From assembly GCA_963822945.1 (NCBI GenBank), contig CAWGJO010000020.1, positions 128,001 to 192,000 on the forward strand: a stretch of DNA of 64,000 bases, written 5' to 3'. Source of the DNA: an uncultured Gemmatimonadaceae bacterium. GTDB taxonomy: Bacteria > Gemmatimonadota > Gemmatimonadetes > Gemmatimonadales > Gemmatimonadaceae. This document shows positions 37,071 to 47,127 of the stretch, piece after piece (position 1 is the stretch's first letter; each line of letters starts with the position of its first letter). The notes below the pieces were generated by a model that worked only from the letters and a program-made list of their open reading frames with translations, had not been told where the DNA came from and did no database searches. The translations under genes and the position numbers were made by a program.

Positions 37071-38792
37071 TTACGGCCAGTTGAATAGACTTGCTGGTAC
37101 ACTCCGCTCCCTCGCGATCGCCACGTCCCGGGGCTCCCGCCAGAACCCGGTGGACTGGTCGTTGCGCGAGATGCGGAGGGCCAGCCGGAGTCCGCGCCCG
37201 GGGACGTTCGGCAGCGCGATGTCGAGGCGCCACGTCCGCGCGGAGCGCGATGGCACGGCCGCCAGCAGGCTGATGCCGGCCGAAAAGCGCACCGGCGTGG
37301 TCGAGCCGAACGGCACGTCGCCGGCCCACAGCCGCCCGGCGTCGGCGAAGAACGCCACGCCCAGATCGGCCACGCCCTGGCCCACCGAACCGAGCAGCAG
37401 CCGGTCCTCCACGCGCATGATCGCCCGCCGGCCGCCCTGCTCCACGCCTTCGGGCATGCCCCGGATGCCCCCATCGGTGCCGGCCAGCGTGACGCGAAAC
37501 GGCACCCGCACGCGCCATCCCCCGCCCCATTCGAGCGAGGTGACGACCATGTGCGCCTGCCCCGTGCGCTGATGCCATGCCAACCGTCCGCTGCTGAGGA
37601 TGCCGTCCCACGGGGCGCGGGTGTCCGGACGCCGCGCCTCGGCCTCGACCTGTAGGCGGATGGCCGACTCGGCGCTGGCTTCCCCGGCATACAATTCGCC
37701 GCCCACGAGCACGTCATGGTCGCGCGAGCCCAGAAGGCCGGCGCCTTTCCCGATCAGCGCCCCGACCTCGATCCCCGTCGGCACATCCTCGACGTTGCGC
37801 AGCCCCTCGAAACCCGTGGTGCGCACGTAGCGAAGGTTGCGATACCCCAACAGCGCGTTCAGCCGGGACGTGGTATGGGACGCGTAGCGCCCATCCAGCG
37901 GGAATGCAGGGTCGGGACTCGTGCCGCGGGCGGAGATCAGGATCGGCGCTGTTCCCGCGTACGCCGTCTCGTGCGAGACCGAGACGCCGACCAGCGCCAG
38001 GCGGCCCGGGGGACCGATGCGGGCGAGCCCCCCGATGTCCGCATAATCGCGGCTCAGCAGATCGGCATGCGTGCTCCCCGCGGCGTCGACGAACCGGACG
38101 TAGTCGTCGGAGCGACCGCGCTGCACGCGCCAGGCAACGCGTTGCAGGTCGGTGAGGAAGGGCCGCTGCACGTCGAAGTGGTATTCACCACCGAGCGGGG
38201 CCCGCGCCAGGCGCGCCGTCGCCTGATAGGGCTGCCCGAGAAACTGATAGTCCGTCACGCCGAACGAATAGCCGTCCCGCAACCCCGACTCCTGCCACCA
38301 GCGGCCGGCGAGGTACACGCCCTCGCCTCCGGCGTTCGCGTCGCCCACCCGCAGGCCGGTGAACAGCGGCGCCTTCGCCTTCAGCGTCGCACTGAACACC
38401 GCCGCCACTTCGTCGATCGTCTGCACGTCCAGCGCGACCCCACCCGAGTCGGAGGGAACCACCGTGATCGAGGCATCGGCCAGGAAGGGCTGGGCCCGCA
38501 GGATGTGCGCCGACTCCGCCCGCCGGAGTTCCGAACACCGGTCCCCGACGTGCAACAGGAGAAAGCGAGAGATCACGTCGGGCTGGGTGGTGGTGTGCAC
38601 GGCCCGCGCGACTTCCGACACCACGGGAATCCGGCGCAGGCCGGCCACGGTGGGCGCCCGCGAGGTGATCGTGATGGCATTGATGCGCTGGCCGTTGCAG
38701 GGAACCTGAGGCTGGTCCGCCTGCGCACGCGCCGCCCCGGCCCACCCTCCCCACAGCACGCAGGCCGTGACGCACGCGACCGACCCGCGCAT
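37071..38792 (-). CDS. Omp85 (BamA/TamA)-like outer membrane protein with a POTRA-like domain
   Basis: Signal peptide ARA-Q; POTRA-like N-terminus (DVISRFLLLHVGD...ES..ILR); C-terminal IRG..FFADAG.LW..G..L..RLDIA. Confidence 0.65.
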   Translation of the reverse strand: MRGSVACVTACVLWGGWAGAARAQADQPQVPCNGQRINAITITSRAPTVAGLRRIPVVSEVARAVHTTTQPDVISRFLLLHVGDRCSELRRAESAHILRAQPFLADASITVVPSDSGGVALDVQTIDEVAAVFSATLKAKAPLFTGLRVGDANAGGEGVYLAGRWWQESGLRDGYSFGVTDYQFLGQPYQATARLARAPLGGEYHFDVQRPFLTDLQRVAWRVQRGRSDDYVRFVDAAGSTHADLLSRDYADIGGLARIGPPGRLALVGVSVSHETAYAGTAPILISARGTSPDPAFPLDGRYASHTTSRLNALLGYRNLRYVRTTGFEGLRNVEDVPTGIEVGALIGKGAGLLGSRDHDVLVGGELYAGEASAESAIRLQVEAEARRPDTRAPWDGILSSGRLAWHQRTGQAHMVVTSLEWGGGWRVRVPFRVTLAGTDGGIRGMPEGVEQGGRRAIMRVEDRLLLGSVGQGVADLGVAFFADAGRLWAGDVPFGSTTPVRFSAGISLLAAVPSRSARTWRLDIALPNVPGRGLRLALRISRNDQSTGFWREPRDVAIARERSVPASLFNWP

Positions 38793-38793
38793 C

Positions 38794-39366
38794 CTAGGGC
38801 GACTTCCCCATGCGCCGCTTGAGTTCCTCGAGACGCCGCTGCGCCTCCTCGTCGCGCGACGCCCGCGCGTGGGCACGGGCGAGCGCATCGAGTTCTTCGC
38901 GCGTCGCCTCGCCCGTCTCCTGCGCCAACGGGTCGGCCCCCGCGCCCACGCCCGCTCCCGCCGTGGACGCCGGCGGCACGGCCCCAATGGCGTGGCGCTT
39001 GAATTCGGCGTTCATCTCGGCGAGTTCCTGCTCGGCGAGCGCAACCTCACGCTCCTGCGCGTCCAGTTTGCGCTGCAGCACGTCCAACCGCTCGGTGTGG
39101 AGTGTTTCGTACTTCGTGGCGAGCTCCACGGTTTCCTGATCGTGGATCCCCTCGGCCAGCGCCTTCCGGCGTTGCACCGTGGCCAACTCGCGCCGTTCGG
39201 TCTCCAGCCGGCGCCGGGTGACGTCGAGTCCCGAACGGAGATCCTCCACGCCGAGCTTCGCGTGCACCAGCGAATCCTTCATGCGCGCCAGCACGTCGCG
39301 GCGCTCCTCGGGCCGCGTGGCCCGCTCCATGAGGTCGTTCAGCGACTGACGAAGGGACTCGAACAC
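38794..39366 (-). CDS. PspA/IM30-like coiled-coil protein
   Basis: N-terminal amphipathic MFESLR, long coiled coil, C-terminal RRLEELKRRMG. Confidence 0.6.
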   Translation of the reverse strand: MFESLRQSLNDLMERATRPEERRDVLARMKDSLVHAKLGVEDLRSGLDVTRRRLETERRELATVQRRKALAEGIHDQETVELATKYETLHTERLDVLQRKLDAQEREVALAEQELAEMNAEFKRHAIGAVPPASTAGAGVGAGADPLAQETGEATREELDALARAHARASRDEEAQRRLEELKRRMGKSP

Positions 39367-39505
39367 AGGGCACCTACGGGAATTGGCAGATCGGCGTTTC
39401 GGATGCTGTGGTCGCGAGGCTCACGACTGGCGCGCCCGCCGGCTGGCCCGATAGGATACGCAGGTTCGCCGCACCGTCGCAACCGAACGGACACCACGGA
39501 TATCC

Positions 39506-40276
39506 ATGCCCCGCCCCGATCGCGATTCCCCGGCCATAGTGGCCCTGACGACGACCACCGAGATCGTGCGCGAGTTGCCCCGCGTGCGGGTGAACCAGCG
39601 CTACACCGACGCCCTCGTGCGCTCAGGCGTGCTGCCCGTGGCCGTGCCCCCCCTCGATCCGGACGCGGCCGATGCCCTGCTCGACCGCATGGACGGCCTG
39701 GTGCTCACCGGAGGCGAGGACGTGGAATCGCGCCTCTACGGGGCGGCGCCTCATCCCAAGGCCGAGGCGCCCAATCCCGAGCGCGATCGTTGGGAAATCG
39801 CGCTCGCCCGTGCCGCGCGCGACCGCCAGGTGCCCACCCTGGCCATCTGCCGCGGCGTGCAGATCGTCAACGTCGCGTTCGGCGGTTCGCTGATCCAGGA
39901 CATCGCCAGTGAATGCGGCGGCGCCCTCCGGCACACGCGGGAAGACGTCCGCGCCACGCGCGTTCATGCCGTGGAGGTGGAACCGGCCTCGCGCCTCGCC
40001 CACGCGCTGGGTGCCGAGCATATCATGGCGAACTCACTCCACCACCAGGCCATCGCACGCCCCGGCGACGGGCTCCGAGTGGTCGCACGGGCCGAGGACG
40101 GCATCGTGGAAGCCGTGGAATGGCACACCGACGACTGGTGGATGCTTGGCGTGCAGTGGCATCCGGAAGAACTCGACGACGGCCCCGAACCGTGGGACCG
40201 CGCGCTCTTCGCTGCCTTCGCGGCGGCGGTCAGTGCGTCCAGCGCCAGCGCGTTTCGTCCCGTACGCGGCGCATGA
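39506..40276 (+). CDS. Gamma-glutamyl-gamma-aminobutyrate hydrolase family (peptidase C26, PuuD-like)
   Basis: LTGGED, AICRGVQ, NSLHHQA, GVQWHPE. Confidence 0.92.
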   Translation: MPRPDRDSPAIVALTTTTEIVRELPRVRVNQRYTDALVRSGVLPVAVPPLDPDAADALLDRMDGLVLTGGEDVESRLYGAAPHPKAEAPNPERDRWEIALARAARDRQVPTLAICRGVQIVNVAFGGSLIQDIASECGGALRHTREDVRATRVHAVEVEPASRLAHALGAEHIMANSLHHQAIARPGDGLRVVARAEDGIVEAVEWHTDDWWMLGVQWHPEELDDGPEPWDRALFAAFAAAVSASSASAFRPVRGA

Positions 40277-40964
40277 GGCGCTCCGGCGTATTCACGTTGG
40301 GAAAGAGCAGCGCGTCGCTGAATGCGGTGAGCGCGAGACGCAGCGTGACGAACCGCTCCGCCATCGTGGCGTACAGCTCCGCCATGCCCTGGTCGCGCGC
40401 CGAGGGATGTTCGGCCGCCATCGCGAATCCGCGGCGGCCCATCTCTTCGTAGTACTCCAGGTGGGGGCCGCCCCGCCGCCACCGGCGGTGTTCGATGTGG
40501 TCGGCGAACAACCCGCTCAGCCACAGCGCATAGTTCCCGAGATGCACCCGCACGAGATAGCTGCGCCGTGCATCGGGACTCTCGGCATCGCGCAGCATGG
40601 CAGCCAGCGTGTCGTAGATCTCGTCGTCGGCCTCGCCGCACCGCTCGGCGCGGCCGCGCTGTCCGAACGCCAACACCACCGCCGCCGTGTAGTCGCTCAG
40701 CACCGGGTCATCCTCTCCCAACCGGCAGAGCACCGACCGCAGCATCACGTAGGTGAGCAGGCGCAGCGACGCGAGCGCCGCCATCGGCTCCTGCCGCAAC
40801 GCTTCCGGCAGGCGCGGGTGATCGAGGACGGCATTGATGCCCTCGTTCGCCAACCGCGTCTGCAGTTCGCGCTCCTCCGCCTCCCCCGATCCGTGCGCCA
40901 CGAGCCGGATGGCCAACTGCGCGTCGTCGCGCGTCATGCGCTGCCGAGTGTCCGGTTGAATCAT
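40230..40964 (-). CDS. Hypothetical helical protein
   Basis: GGAGG RBS before ATG 40964; protein-like composition (HLGNYALWLSGLF..YYEEMG). Confidence 0.75.
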   Translation of the reverse strand: MIQPDTRQRMTRDDAQLAIRLVAHGSGEAEERELQTRLANEGINAVLDHPRLPEALRQEPMAALASLRLLTYVMLRSVLCRLGEDDPVLSDYTAAVVLAFGQRGRAERCGEADDEIYDTLAAMLRDAESPDARRSYLVRVHLGNYALWLSGLFADHIEHRRWRRGGPHLEYYEEMGRRGFAMAAEHPSARDQGMAELYATMAERFVTLRLALTAFSDALLFPNVNTPERLMRRVRDETRWRWTH

Positions 40965-41043
40965 CGCCGAGCCTCCACCGTGGGGTCGTCCACTGGCCTC
41001 TGTCGTATAACTCGGTGAATGCCCATTCGGTAACACGTCTTGC

Positions 41044-41070
41044 ATAGCACTCTGAAGCGCCGAGTGCTGA
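41044..41070. promoter_or_regulatory. CIRCE-like operator (HrcA site)
   Basis: aTAGCACTC-tgaagcgcc-GAGTGCTgA against consensus TTAGCACTC-N9-GAGTGCTAA: 16/18 match with an exact 9-nt spacer. Confidence 0.8.
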
Positions 41071-41159
41071 CGACAGAACGGGCGCGGGAGGCAAACGCTC
41101 CCACGCCCGCTTCCGCGCCCTGCCGTCCGTGTCGCCGGTGACCGGCGACACATCCGCCG

Positions 41160-42737
41160 TCATTTCGGACGCGTCGTCCGGTTGGCCACGGTCAGGCCCA
41201 CGTCCATGATCAGACCGTCCACGAGCGCCATCTTCACGTAGCTGATCTTGTCGGGCGAGTCGGTGACTTTGTGGTAGTCGGCGTGCAGACCCGTGGTGAA
41301 GAAGAGCACGGGAATTCCCTTGCGCGCGTAGTTGTAGTGGTCGCTCCGGTAGTAGAACCGCTCGGGATCGTTCGGGGAGTCGTACGACCGGTTGAATTGG
41401 AACGGCTGCGACGCGGATGCGTTCACCGAATCCAGGATCGCCCCCAGCACGCGACTCTGACCGCCGGGCGCCGAGCCGGGACCGATGACGTACAACTCGC
41501 GGGGCGCGTTACGGCCCACCATGTCGGCGTTCAGCTGGGCGACGATCGAATCGATCGGCACCGTGGGATGGTCCGTGAACCAGGTGGAGCCGAGGAGGCC
41601 CTTCTCCTCACCCGTATGCCAGACGAAGAGCAGCGAGCGGCGGTGGGGCTGCGCGCGAACGGCGCGGGCGATCGCCAGCATCGACACGCTCCCCGAGCCG
41701 TCGTCGTCGGCCCCGTTGGCGATCGAATCGGGCGACATCCCCGACTGAATGCCGATGTGATCGAGGTGCGCCCCGAACGCGACGTAGCTCTCGCGGAGCG
41801 CCGGATCGCCGCCGCGTGATACGGCCACCACGTTGTATCCCGTCACCGGCACCGTGCGCGTGTCGACGTGCGCGGTGAACGTGGCGTGCAGATCCTGCGG
41901 GTGGTCGTCCGCCGGCCAATCGCGGGGCAACATCGGAGATCCCGGCGTGGCCAGGCCGAGAAGGATCAACGGGAACACGCGCATCTTGTCGGTGGGCTCC
42001 GGCGCGCCGCTGCGAATCGAGACCGCCCGCAGCAGCCCGGGGCCGGCCTGGTCGAACAGCTCGCGGGTCTCCGGGGTCATGAGGATCACGACCGCGGCCG
42101 GACGCGACGGCAGGACGGCCTGCACGAGCAGCTGCAGGGCAGCCTGCGAGTTGTACGTCGCGCGGGTGGCCGAGTCCGCGCCCGGGGGGGCGCCGTGCAC
42201 GATCACGAGCACCTTCCCCTGCACGTCGAGCCCGGCGAGGTCGTGCCGCCCCAGCGCCGCGTCGTCGATCCCGTACGCGCCGAACACCAGATCGCCGCTC
42301 GCCTGCAGCCGGGCGAAGGCGCCGGGCCCCAGCGTCGTCAGGGGCAGGAGATCGGCGCCGAGCCGGAGCGGCGTGACGGCGCCGTCACGCTCCACGGTGA
42401 ATCGCGTGGAGGCCAGGATGTCGTGCCGCGCCAGCGGCACGCGCTGATAGAAGCCGCTGTCGCCGGCCGGCTCGAGCCCCAGCACTGCCAGACGCCGCGC
42501 GATGAAAACGGCGGCTCGTGTGGCATCGGGCGTCCCCGTCTCGCGACCGCGCATCGAGTCGTCGGCGAACGCGTACAGGTCGCGCCGCAATTCCGCCGGC
42601 GTGATGGTCGTCGATCGCGACGCCACGCCGTCGGAACGTGCGGCGGCCGGCGCCTCGGCACCCGGCGGCGCGACGCCACTTGTTCCCGAGGCGCACGCCG
42701 CGGTGACCAGTGCAAGCGCGAACGACCATGGCCGCAT
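41160..42737 (-). CDS. M28 family peptidase with PA-like insert, lipoprotein
   Basis: Lipobox TAAC; GAHLDH, NGADDDGSG, TGEEKGLLGS, NADM, RSDHY, DYH. Confidence 0.92.
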   Translation of the reverse strand: MRPWSFALALVTAACASGTSGVAPPGAEAPAAARSDGVASRSTTITPAELRRDLYAFADDSMRGRETGTPDATRAAVFIARRLAVLGLEPAGDSGFYQRVPLARHDILASTRFTVERDGAVTPLRLGADLLPLTTLGPGAFARLQASGDLVFGAYGIDDAALGRHDLAGLDVQGKVLVIVHGAPPGADSATRATYNSQAALQLLVQAVLPSRPAAVVILMTPETRELFDQAGPGLLRAVSIRSGAPEPTDKMRVFPLILLGLATPGSPMLPRDWPADDHPQDLHATFTAHVDTRTVPVTGYNVVAVSRGGDPALRESYVAFGAHLDHIGIQSGMSPDSIANGADDDGSGSVSMLAIARAVRAQPHRRSLLFVWHTGEEKGLLGSTWFTDHPTVPIDSIVAQLNADMVGRNAPRELYVIGPGSAPGGQSRVLGAILDSVNASASQPFQFNRSYDSPNDPERFYYRSDHYNYARKGIPVLFFTTGLHADYHKVTDSPDKISYVKMALVDGLIMDVGLTVANRTTRPK

Positions 42738-42928
42738 GATTATCTCCGAGTCGGGGGGAACAGGCGGAGCGCCGGGGCGTAGCAATTCACACACCCTACA
42801 GTGGCGCCGCCATGCCGGTCAAGCGGCGCTGCCGTCGCGGTGGTGCGGGTCGGATCGCCCGCACCCCTTCCCGCTCCACTCCGGCCGTCTAGGTTACCCT
42901 GGACTTCACCTTCATCCGCCAACGATCC

Positions 42929-43669
42929 GTGCTCTACGTCTGCATCCCGGCGTTCAACGAAGCCCCGACCATCGGCCTCCTGCTCTGGCGCATCCGGAAG
43001 GTGTTCCAGCAGTACTCGCGCGAGCATGAGGTGGTGGTGTTCAACGACGGCAGCACCGACGACACCGTCGAGGTGCTGAAGCCGTACCACGACGTCCTGC
43101 CGCTCACGGTCATGGGTGGCCGGGAGCACGTGGGCTACGCCGCGGCGCTCGATGCATTGGCGCGCACCGTGTCGCGCCGCACGCGGTATCCGCGCCGCGA
43201 CGCGATGATCACGCTGCAAGCCGATTTCACCGACCCGCCGGACCACCTGCCCGAATTGGTGAAGCGCTTCGAAGGTGGCGCCGATCTGGTAGTCGCCGAG
43301 CGGTCGCCGGCCATTCTGCCCACACCGGCCCGGCGGCTGCGCCGCGTCGCGCCGTGGATTCTTCGCCCCTTTCCGACCGTCCCCGGTGTCACCGATCCGT
43401 TCGGCTCCCTGCGGCTGTATCGCATCGCCCTGATCCGCGATCTGCTCGCCGAGGCCGGCGACACGCCCATCGTGCAGGCGGAGGGGTGGGGCGCGAACGC
43501 CGAGTTCCTGGTGCGGGCCGCGCAGTTCGCCCGGCGCGTCGAGACCGTGGCGCTCGACGCCCGCTACGACCTGCGGCCGCGCGAGAGCCGGGTCCGTCCC
43601 TGGAACGACGCCCTCAGCCTGTACCGCACGGCGCGGACGCTGCGCGCGCGGGGGCCGGCCCCGTCGTGA
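42929..43669 (+). CDS. Glycosyltransferase family 2
   Basis: IPAFNE, NDGSTD; DxD position reads QAD. Confidence 0.85.
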   Translation: MLYVCIPAFNEAPTIGLLLWRIRKVFQQYSREHEVVVFNDGSTDDTVEVLKPYHDVLPLTVMGGREHVGYAAALDALARTVSRRTRYPRRDAMITLQADFTDPPDHLPELVKRFEGGADLVVAERSPAILPTPARRLRRVAPWILRPFPTVPGVTDPFGSLRLYRIALIRDLLAEAGDTPIVQAEGWGANAEFLVRAAQFARRVETVALDARYDLRPRESRVRPWNDALSLYRTARTLRARGPAPS

Positions 43670-44487
43670 TGCAGGTGGCGCGCCGAATTGCCGTCGCCCT
43701 CGCGACGCTCGGCGCGCTTGCCGGCAGCGACGGGGTCCCGCCTGCCGGCCCCACCGCCGACCCGACGCTCCGCGTTCCGCCAATCCCCGCCGTCACGCCG
43801 GTCGGGGTGCACGATTCGGCCGGACCGGCCGATACCCACGTGCCGTTCCGCGTCGGCGAGCGCCTGGACTACGACGTGATGTTCGGCCCGCTCCTCGTCG
43901 GCACCGGCAGCTTGCAGGTGGATCCCATGGACACGGTGCGCGGGATGCGTGCGTGGCACACGACCTTCACGGTCAAGGGCGGGACGTTCTTCTATCAGGT
44001 GGACGACCGTCTCGAGAGCTGGTTCGCCCCGCGCGGCCTCTTCGCACTTCGCTTCCGCGAATCGCTCCGCGAAGGCGGACACAACCGCGACCATCAGTTC
44101 GAGATCTTCCCCGAACGGAAACGCTTTTCCGAAGACGGGGGACCGCTGGAGCCATCGGTGGCTGCACCGCTCGACGACGGTTCCTTCCTGTACTTCGTGC
44201 GGACCATCCCCCTCGTGGTCGGGCACGAGTACGCGTTCTATCGGTACTTCCGTCCCAACCGGAACCCGGTCCGGCTCGCCGTGCTGCGCCGCGAACGTAT
44301 CACCGTCCCCGCAGGAACCTTCAACGCCATCGTCGTCCGGCCAACCATCATGACCGGCGGCATCTTCTCCGAAAACGGACAGGCCGAGGTCTGGCTCTCG
44401 GACGATTCCAGCCGCATGATGCTGCAGATGAAATCGAAGCTCTCGTTCGGGTCGCTCGATCTGTATCTTCGTAAGTACAGCAAGTAG
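43669..44487 (+). CDS. DUF3108-like exported protein
   Basis: Signal peptide; GERLDY..., ERITVPAGTFNA, VWLSDD..R. Confidence 0.7.
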   Translation: MQVARRIAVALATLGALAGSDGVPPAGPTADPTLRVPPIPAVTPVGVHDSAGPADTHVPFRVGERLDYDVMFGPLLVGTGSLQVDPMDTVRGMRAWHTTFTVKGGTFFYQVDDRLESWFAPRGLFALRFRESLREGGHNRDHQFEIFPERKRFSEDGGPLEPSVAAPLDDGSFLYFVRTIPLVVGHEYAFYRYFRPNRNPVRLAVLRRERITVPAGTFNAIVVRPTIMTGGIFSENGQAEVWLSDDSSRMMLQMKSKLSFGSLDLYLRKYSK

Positions 44488-44552
44488 GCGGGTGCGCCGG
44501 CAGCCCGGTTCGTGGCCGGCATCGCCACACGCCGAGCGAGATCCCAACCGAG

Positions 44553-44579
44553 CCGACCTACCGACCTACCGACCTACCG
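44553..44579 (+). repeat. Short tandem repeat (CCGACCTA)x3
   Basis: Seen directly; ends 8 nt before ATG 44588. Confidence 0.8.
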
Positions 44580-44587
44580 TCTTCTTC

Positions 44588-45556
44588 ATGGAATACGACG
44601 AAGCCAACCTGCGCGACATCCGCACCGTGCCCGTGGCGCGCCGTCCGAACAAGGTGCGCGCCGAAGAGTTCGCGCATCCGCCGGGCGACGAGCGCTCGTT
44701 TCGCGCATTTCTCGACGCGCTTCCCGACGTACTCGTGGCCCGCGACTTCAAGCGCGTGGTCCACGCCATTGCCGAGGCCAAGCGGCGCGACCGCGGCGTG
44801 GTACTCATGCTCGGCGGCCACGTGGTCAAGACGGGCCTCGCTCCGCTGCTCATCGACCTCATGCGCCGCGGTATCGCCACGCACGTGGCGATGAACGGAT
44901 CGGCCGCCATCCACGACTACGAGATCGCCCGCTTCGGCGCCACGTCGGAAGACGTCGCCGCCGGCCTCGCGAACGGCACCTTCGGCATGGCCGACGAGAC
45001 GGGCCGCGGCATGAACGAGGCATTCATCCACGGCCGGGAACGCGGCATGGGCATGGGTGAGGCATTGGCCGACGCGCTCGAGGGCGAGCCCGACCTCGCA
45101 CATCCCGAGCTGAGCATCGTGCTCAACGCGCACCGGCTCGGGGTGCCCGCCACGGTGCACGCTGCCATCGGTGCCGAGATCATTCACCAGCATCCGGCAG
45201 CCGACGGCGCCGCCGTCGGCGACACGAGTCACCGCGATTTCCGGCGTCTCGCCGCGTCGCTCCTCCGCCTCGATGACGGCGGCGTCGTACTCAATCTGGG
45301 CAGCGCCGTCATCATGCCGGAAGTCTTCCTGAAGGCCCTGACCATCGCCCGCAATCTGCACGACGGCAGACCCCAGGGATTCGTGAGCTGCGACCTCGAC
45401 ATGCAGCGGCACTACCGTCCGCGCGTCAACGTCGTGCAGCGGCCGACGCTCCAGAGCGGCGCGGGCTACGAGATCACGGGACACCACGAGATCATGGTGC
45501 CGCTGCTGGTCTGGGCGGTGGTGGACGAACTCGACCGCTCGACTGCGACCGGCTGA
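44588..45556 (+). CDS. Uncharacterised protein with a deoxyhypusine-synthase-like fold
   Basis: LGGHVVKTG, AMNGS..IHD.E, NLGSAVIMPEVFLK, GHHE; fold call is from recall. Confidence 0.55.
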   Translation: MEYDEANLRDIRTVPVARRPNKVRAEEFAHPPGDERSFRAFLDALPDVLVARDFKRVVHAIAEAKRRDRGVVLMLGGHVVKTGLAPLLIDLMRRGIATHVAMNGSAAIHDYEIARFGATSEDVAAGLANGTFGMADETGRGMNEAFIHGRERGMGMGEALADALEGEPDLAHPELSIVLNAHRLGVPATVHAAIGAEIIHQHPAADGAAVGDTSHRDFRRLAASLLRLDDGGVVLNLGSAVIMPEVFLKALTIARNLHDGRPQGFVSCDLDMQRHYRPRVNVVQRPTLQSGAGYEITGHHEIMVPLLVWAVVDELDRSTATG

Positions 45557-45598
45557 GCGGCTGATCCGGCAGCGGCAGGGATCGCGCCCACCTACAAC

Positions 45599-45636
45599 GA
45601 CGGCGGACGCAGCGATACTCCGCTACGTCCGCCGTC
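45599..45636. terminator. Hairpin between convergent genes
   Basis: gacggcggacg...cgtccgccgtc 11-bp stem with further inner pairing. Confidence 0.55.
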
Positions 45637-45677
45637 TACTACGCGCTGCGCGATTCCGGGCGCGCCGCGCGTTTCGC

Positions 45678-45905
45678 CTACGCCGCTGAGCTCCCCGACC
45701 AACGTTCGCGCAACTTGCGCGCCGTTCCGGGACTGACGATGCGAATGACCAGGTACAGCCCGGCGCCGATCACGGCGATCCAGATGGCCTTGATCAGCAG
45801 CCACGCCAGCAACCCGAACAACACACCGAACAGCCCGAAGGCGAGCTTCAATACGAACAGCCCCGCCAGCGCGAACAGCCCAACCATGAAAATCGTTCGA
45901 AGCAT
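45678..45905 (-). CDS. Small membrane protein
   Basis: 75 aa, very hydrophobic; purine-rich RBS. Confidence 0.7.
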   Translation of the reverse strand: MLRTIFMVGLFALAGLFVLKLAFGLFGVLFGLLAWLLIKAIWIAVIGAGLYLVIRIVSPGTARKLRERWSGSSAA

Positions 45906-46140
45906 CGACCCATCCCCCTTGGCACCACGCCCGCCGGGCGCCGATAAACCATAACACTCCAGACGCCGTCCTTGCCACCAGCGTCTTCCTGCCTCCCGTA
46001 CGCAGTGCGACAGGGCGAGTTTCGCGGGCCGGCCAGACAGCGGGTAACCGGTTAAATTGAGACTTGCGAGTTATGGATTCCTACCGCTCCTGCGAGCCAC
46101 GCTCTAGATTCAGCGGCGCACTTCAACCTCTACGGATCCA

Positions 46141-47049
46141 ATGGGCGAAGCCCTTTACCAGATAATGGGTAGACACCGTGCCGAACCGCTTCCGGCACGA
46201 AAGCCGTCGTGGCTCAAGGTTCGGGCCCCGGGCGGCGGGAACTACCTGAATCTGAAACATCTGATGCGCGATCTCGACCTCCACACCGTGTGTGAGGAGG
46301 CCCACTGCCCGAACGTCGGGGAGTGCTGGGAGCATGGGGCCGCCACCTTCATGATTCTCGGCGACGTGTGCACCCGGAACTGCGCGTACTGCGCCGTCGC
46401 CCATGGGCGTCCGCCCAAGTACGATCCCAGCGAGCCGGAGCGCGTTGCACGGGCCGCGGTGGAGATGAAGCTGCGCCACGTGGTGCTCACGTCGGTGGAC
46501 CGCGACGACCTCCCCGACTTCGGTGCCTGGGCATTCGCCGAGACCATTCGACTGATCAAGGCGGCCAGCCCCGACACCTCCGTTGAAGTGCTCGTTCCCG
46601 ACTTCCAGGGCAACGAGGACTCCATCCGCACGGTGCTGGAAGCGAGTCCGGACATCTACAACCACAACACCGAAACGGTGCCGCGCCTCTACAAGCGTTG
46701 CCGCCCCGGCGGCCGCTACGCCCGGGTGATGGAGATCTTCCGGACCTCCAAGCGGCTGGCACCGCACATCCCGACCAAGACGGGCATCATCCTCGGCATG
46801 GGCGAGACGCTCGAGGAAGTGGAAGCCGTGATGCAGGACCTGCGCGAGGTGGACGTCGACATCCTCACGCTGGGGCAGTACCTACGGCCCTCCGACGGGC
46901 ATATTCCGCTCGATCGCTACGTGACGCCCGAGGAGTTCCGCCGGCTGCGCGACGCCGGCATGGCCATGGGCTTCCGCCATGTGGAGTCCGGCCCGCTGGT
47001 TCGATCGAGTTATCACGCCTGGGAACAGGTTCAGGCGGCCGGAGTCTGA
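46141..47049 (+). CDS. lipA: Lipoyl synthase
   Basis: CEEAHCPNVGEC, CTRNCAYC, RSSY. Confidence 0.98.
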   Translation: MGEALYQIMGRHRAEPLPARKPSWLKVRAPGGGNYLNLKHLMRDLDLHTVCEEAHCPNVGECWEHGAATFMILGDVCTRNCAYCAVAHGRPPKYDPSEPERVARAAVEMKLRHVVLTSVDRDDLPDFGAWAFAETIRLIKAASPDTSVEVLVPDFQGNEDSIRTVLEASPDIYNHNTETVPRLYKRCRPGGRYARVMEIFRTSKRLAPHIPTKTGIILGMGETLEEVEAVMQDLREVDVDILTLGQYLRPSDGHIPLDRYVTPEEFRRLRDAGMAMGFRHVESGPLVRSSYHAWEQVQAAGV

Positions 47050-47127
47050 AGCCATACGAGTATCCCCCCGAAAACGCGTTTTTCAGTTCATACTCATAAG
47101 ATCATCCGATCTCACAGTCTGAGTCCA

